From: Atractiella rhizophila
Lineage: Eukaryota
Direction of reading: 5' to 3'
Assembly (NCBI GenBank): GCA_021432655.1
Contig: MU271240.1
Span: 14,534-78,533 of the forward strand
Length of the DNA stretch: 64,000 nt
Below the pieces are notes generated by a model, which was not told the origin of the DNA, did no database searches, and saw only the letters and a program-made list of their open reading frames with translations. Positions 63,187 to 64,000 of this stretch are shown piece by piece. The position numbers were made by a program, and so were the translations under genes. Every line of letters begins with the position of its first letter. The first letter of the stretch is position 1.

Positions 63187-64000
63187 CTGTAGCCCGAATA
63201 GTCAGTTTTGGATCTGTCTGAGCATTAAAGGGCAAAAGCGGCGTGAACAATAATGTATGTAAGAAAGAGCGAATGACGTGGGTAAAGCTACATGTTAGAG
63301 AAAATGGCCCAAGCAATGGAAGGTTGGCACAGAACCAGTCCGTAATCTGGCATCATGTGTAAATGATGGATATGAACCCTTTTACGAGGGGAGGGACCTC
63401 TCTGATATTCTGAGTGAGACTGCATACGGTGAGCTGCGAGCAAACAAAGCGTAGCTTCGATCCATCCACACAGGACTCTCTCAAACGGTCGTCTTTATAT
63501 TTTGGACGAACTCATCTGATCTTCGATGGCGAGCTGTAGCTAGTTGACGTAGTCGCGCACTGATGACTTGAAGCAGAAGTCCACAAACCCAACACCCAAT
63601 ATCATCTATTCCTTCGGGTTTCATTCTTCCTTTCTGCAGCCACACCATACTTTGTACGCTTGCGATCCCTGGTAGAAATATACCAGGTGTCAAAGAGGTC
63701 ATGAGTCTCTCTGGGTAGGGCTGCAAGACCCTGGCCGATTGAAATTGAATGCAGGCGACAATGGCAAGCTCATTCTTTCTCTCTCCCGCGAAGAGAAAGA
63801 ATGAATTTCCGATTGATTTGTAGTTCACAAGCGTAGCTACCAACGGCAGGCATGATGTGAAGAAGAAAATAAACGGGAAGAATACTCAGGTCGCGATCCG
63901 AGGATCACTCACTTTACAATCCACCCTAGAAGGTTGAAACTTTCTTTCTTTCTCAGGAGGCGAATTATATGCGTGATAATGAAATGTAGCTGAAATTGGA

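Overview
This window is intron-rich eukaryotic DNA. The ~50-65 nt GT-AG introns and the gene families present point to a fungus, probably a basidiomycete (inference). It is an unstable region of gene birth and death. It holds an NmrA-like gene with two decayed copies and a FunK1 fungal kinase. An atypical protein-kinase-like family has five loci: one intact, one with an internal 572-bp duplication, two decayed and one cut by a gap. An F-box-like family has five loci. A head-to-head pair of membrane-protein paralogs shares a 330-bp near-identical tract. Also present are a Helitron helicase relic, a small secreted protein, a secreted lipoxygenase, a CBM21/RVxF PP1-targeting protein, an MFS (DHA1-like) transporter with a tandem 5' duplicate, and a frameshifted Pdx1/E3BP-like fragment. 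A ~10.4/11.1-kb tandem duplication flanks a 25-N gap and may be two haplotypes assembled in tandem. The most interesting items are a candidate intronic box H/ACA snoRNA present in both arms, the lipoxygenase with mixed Mn/Fe-type motifs, the apparent gene conversion between the inverted paralogs, and the interleaved kinase and F-box expansions. All protein assignments come from motif recognition by eye, without database searches. Exon limits are approximate unless stated.
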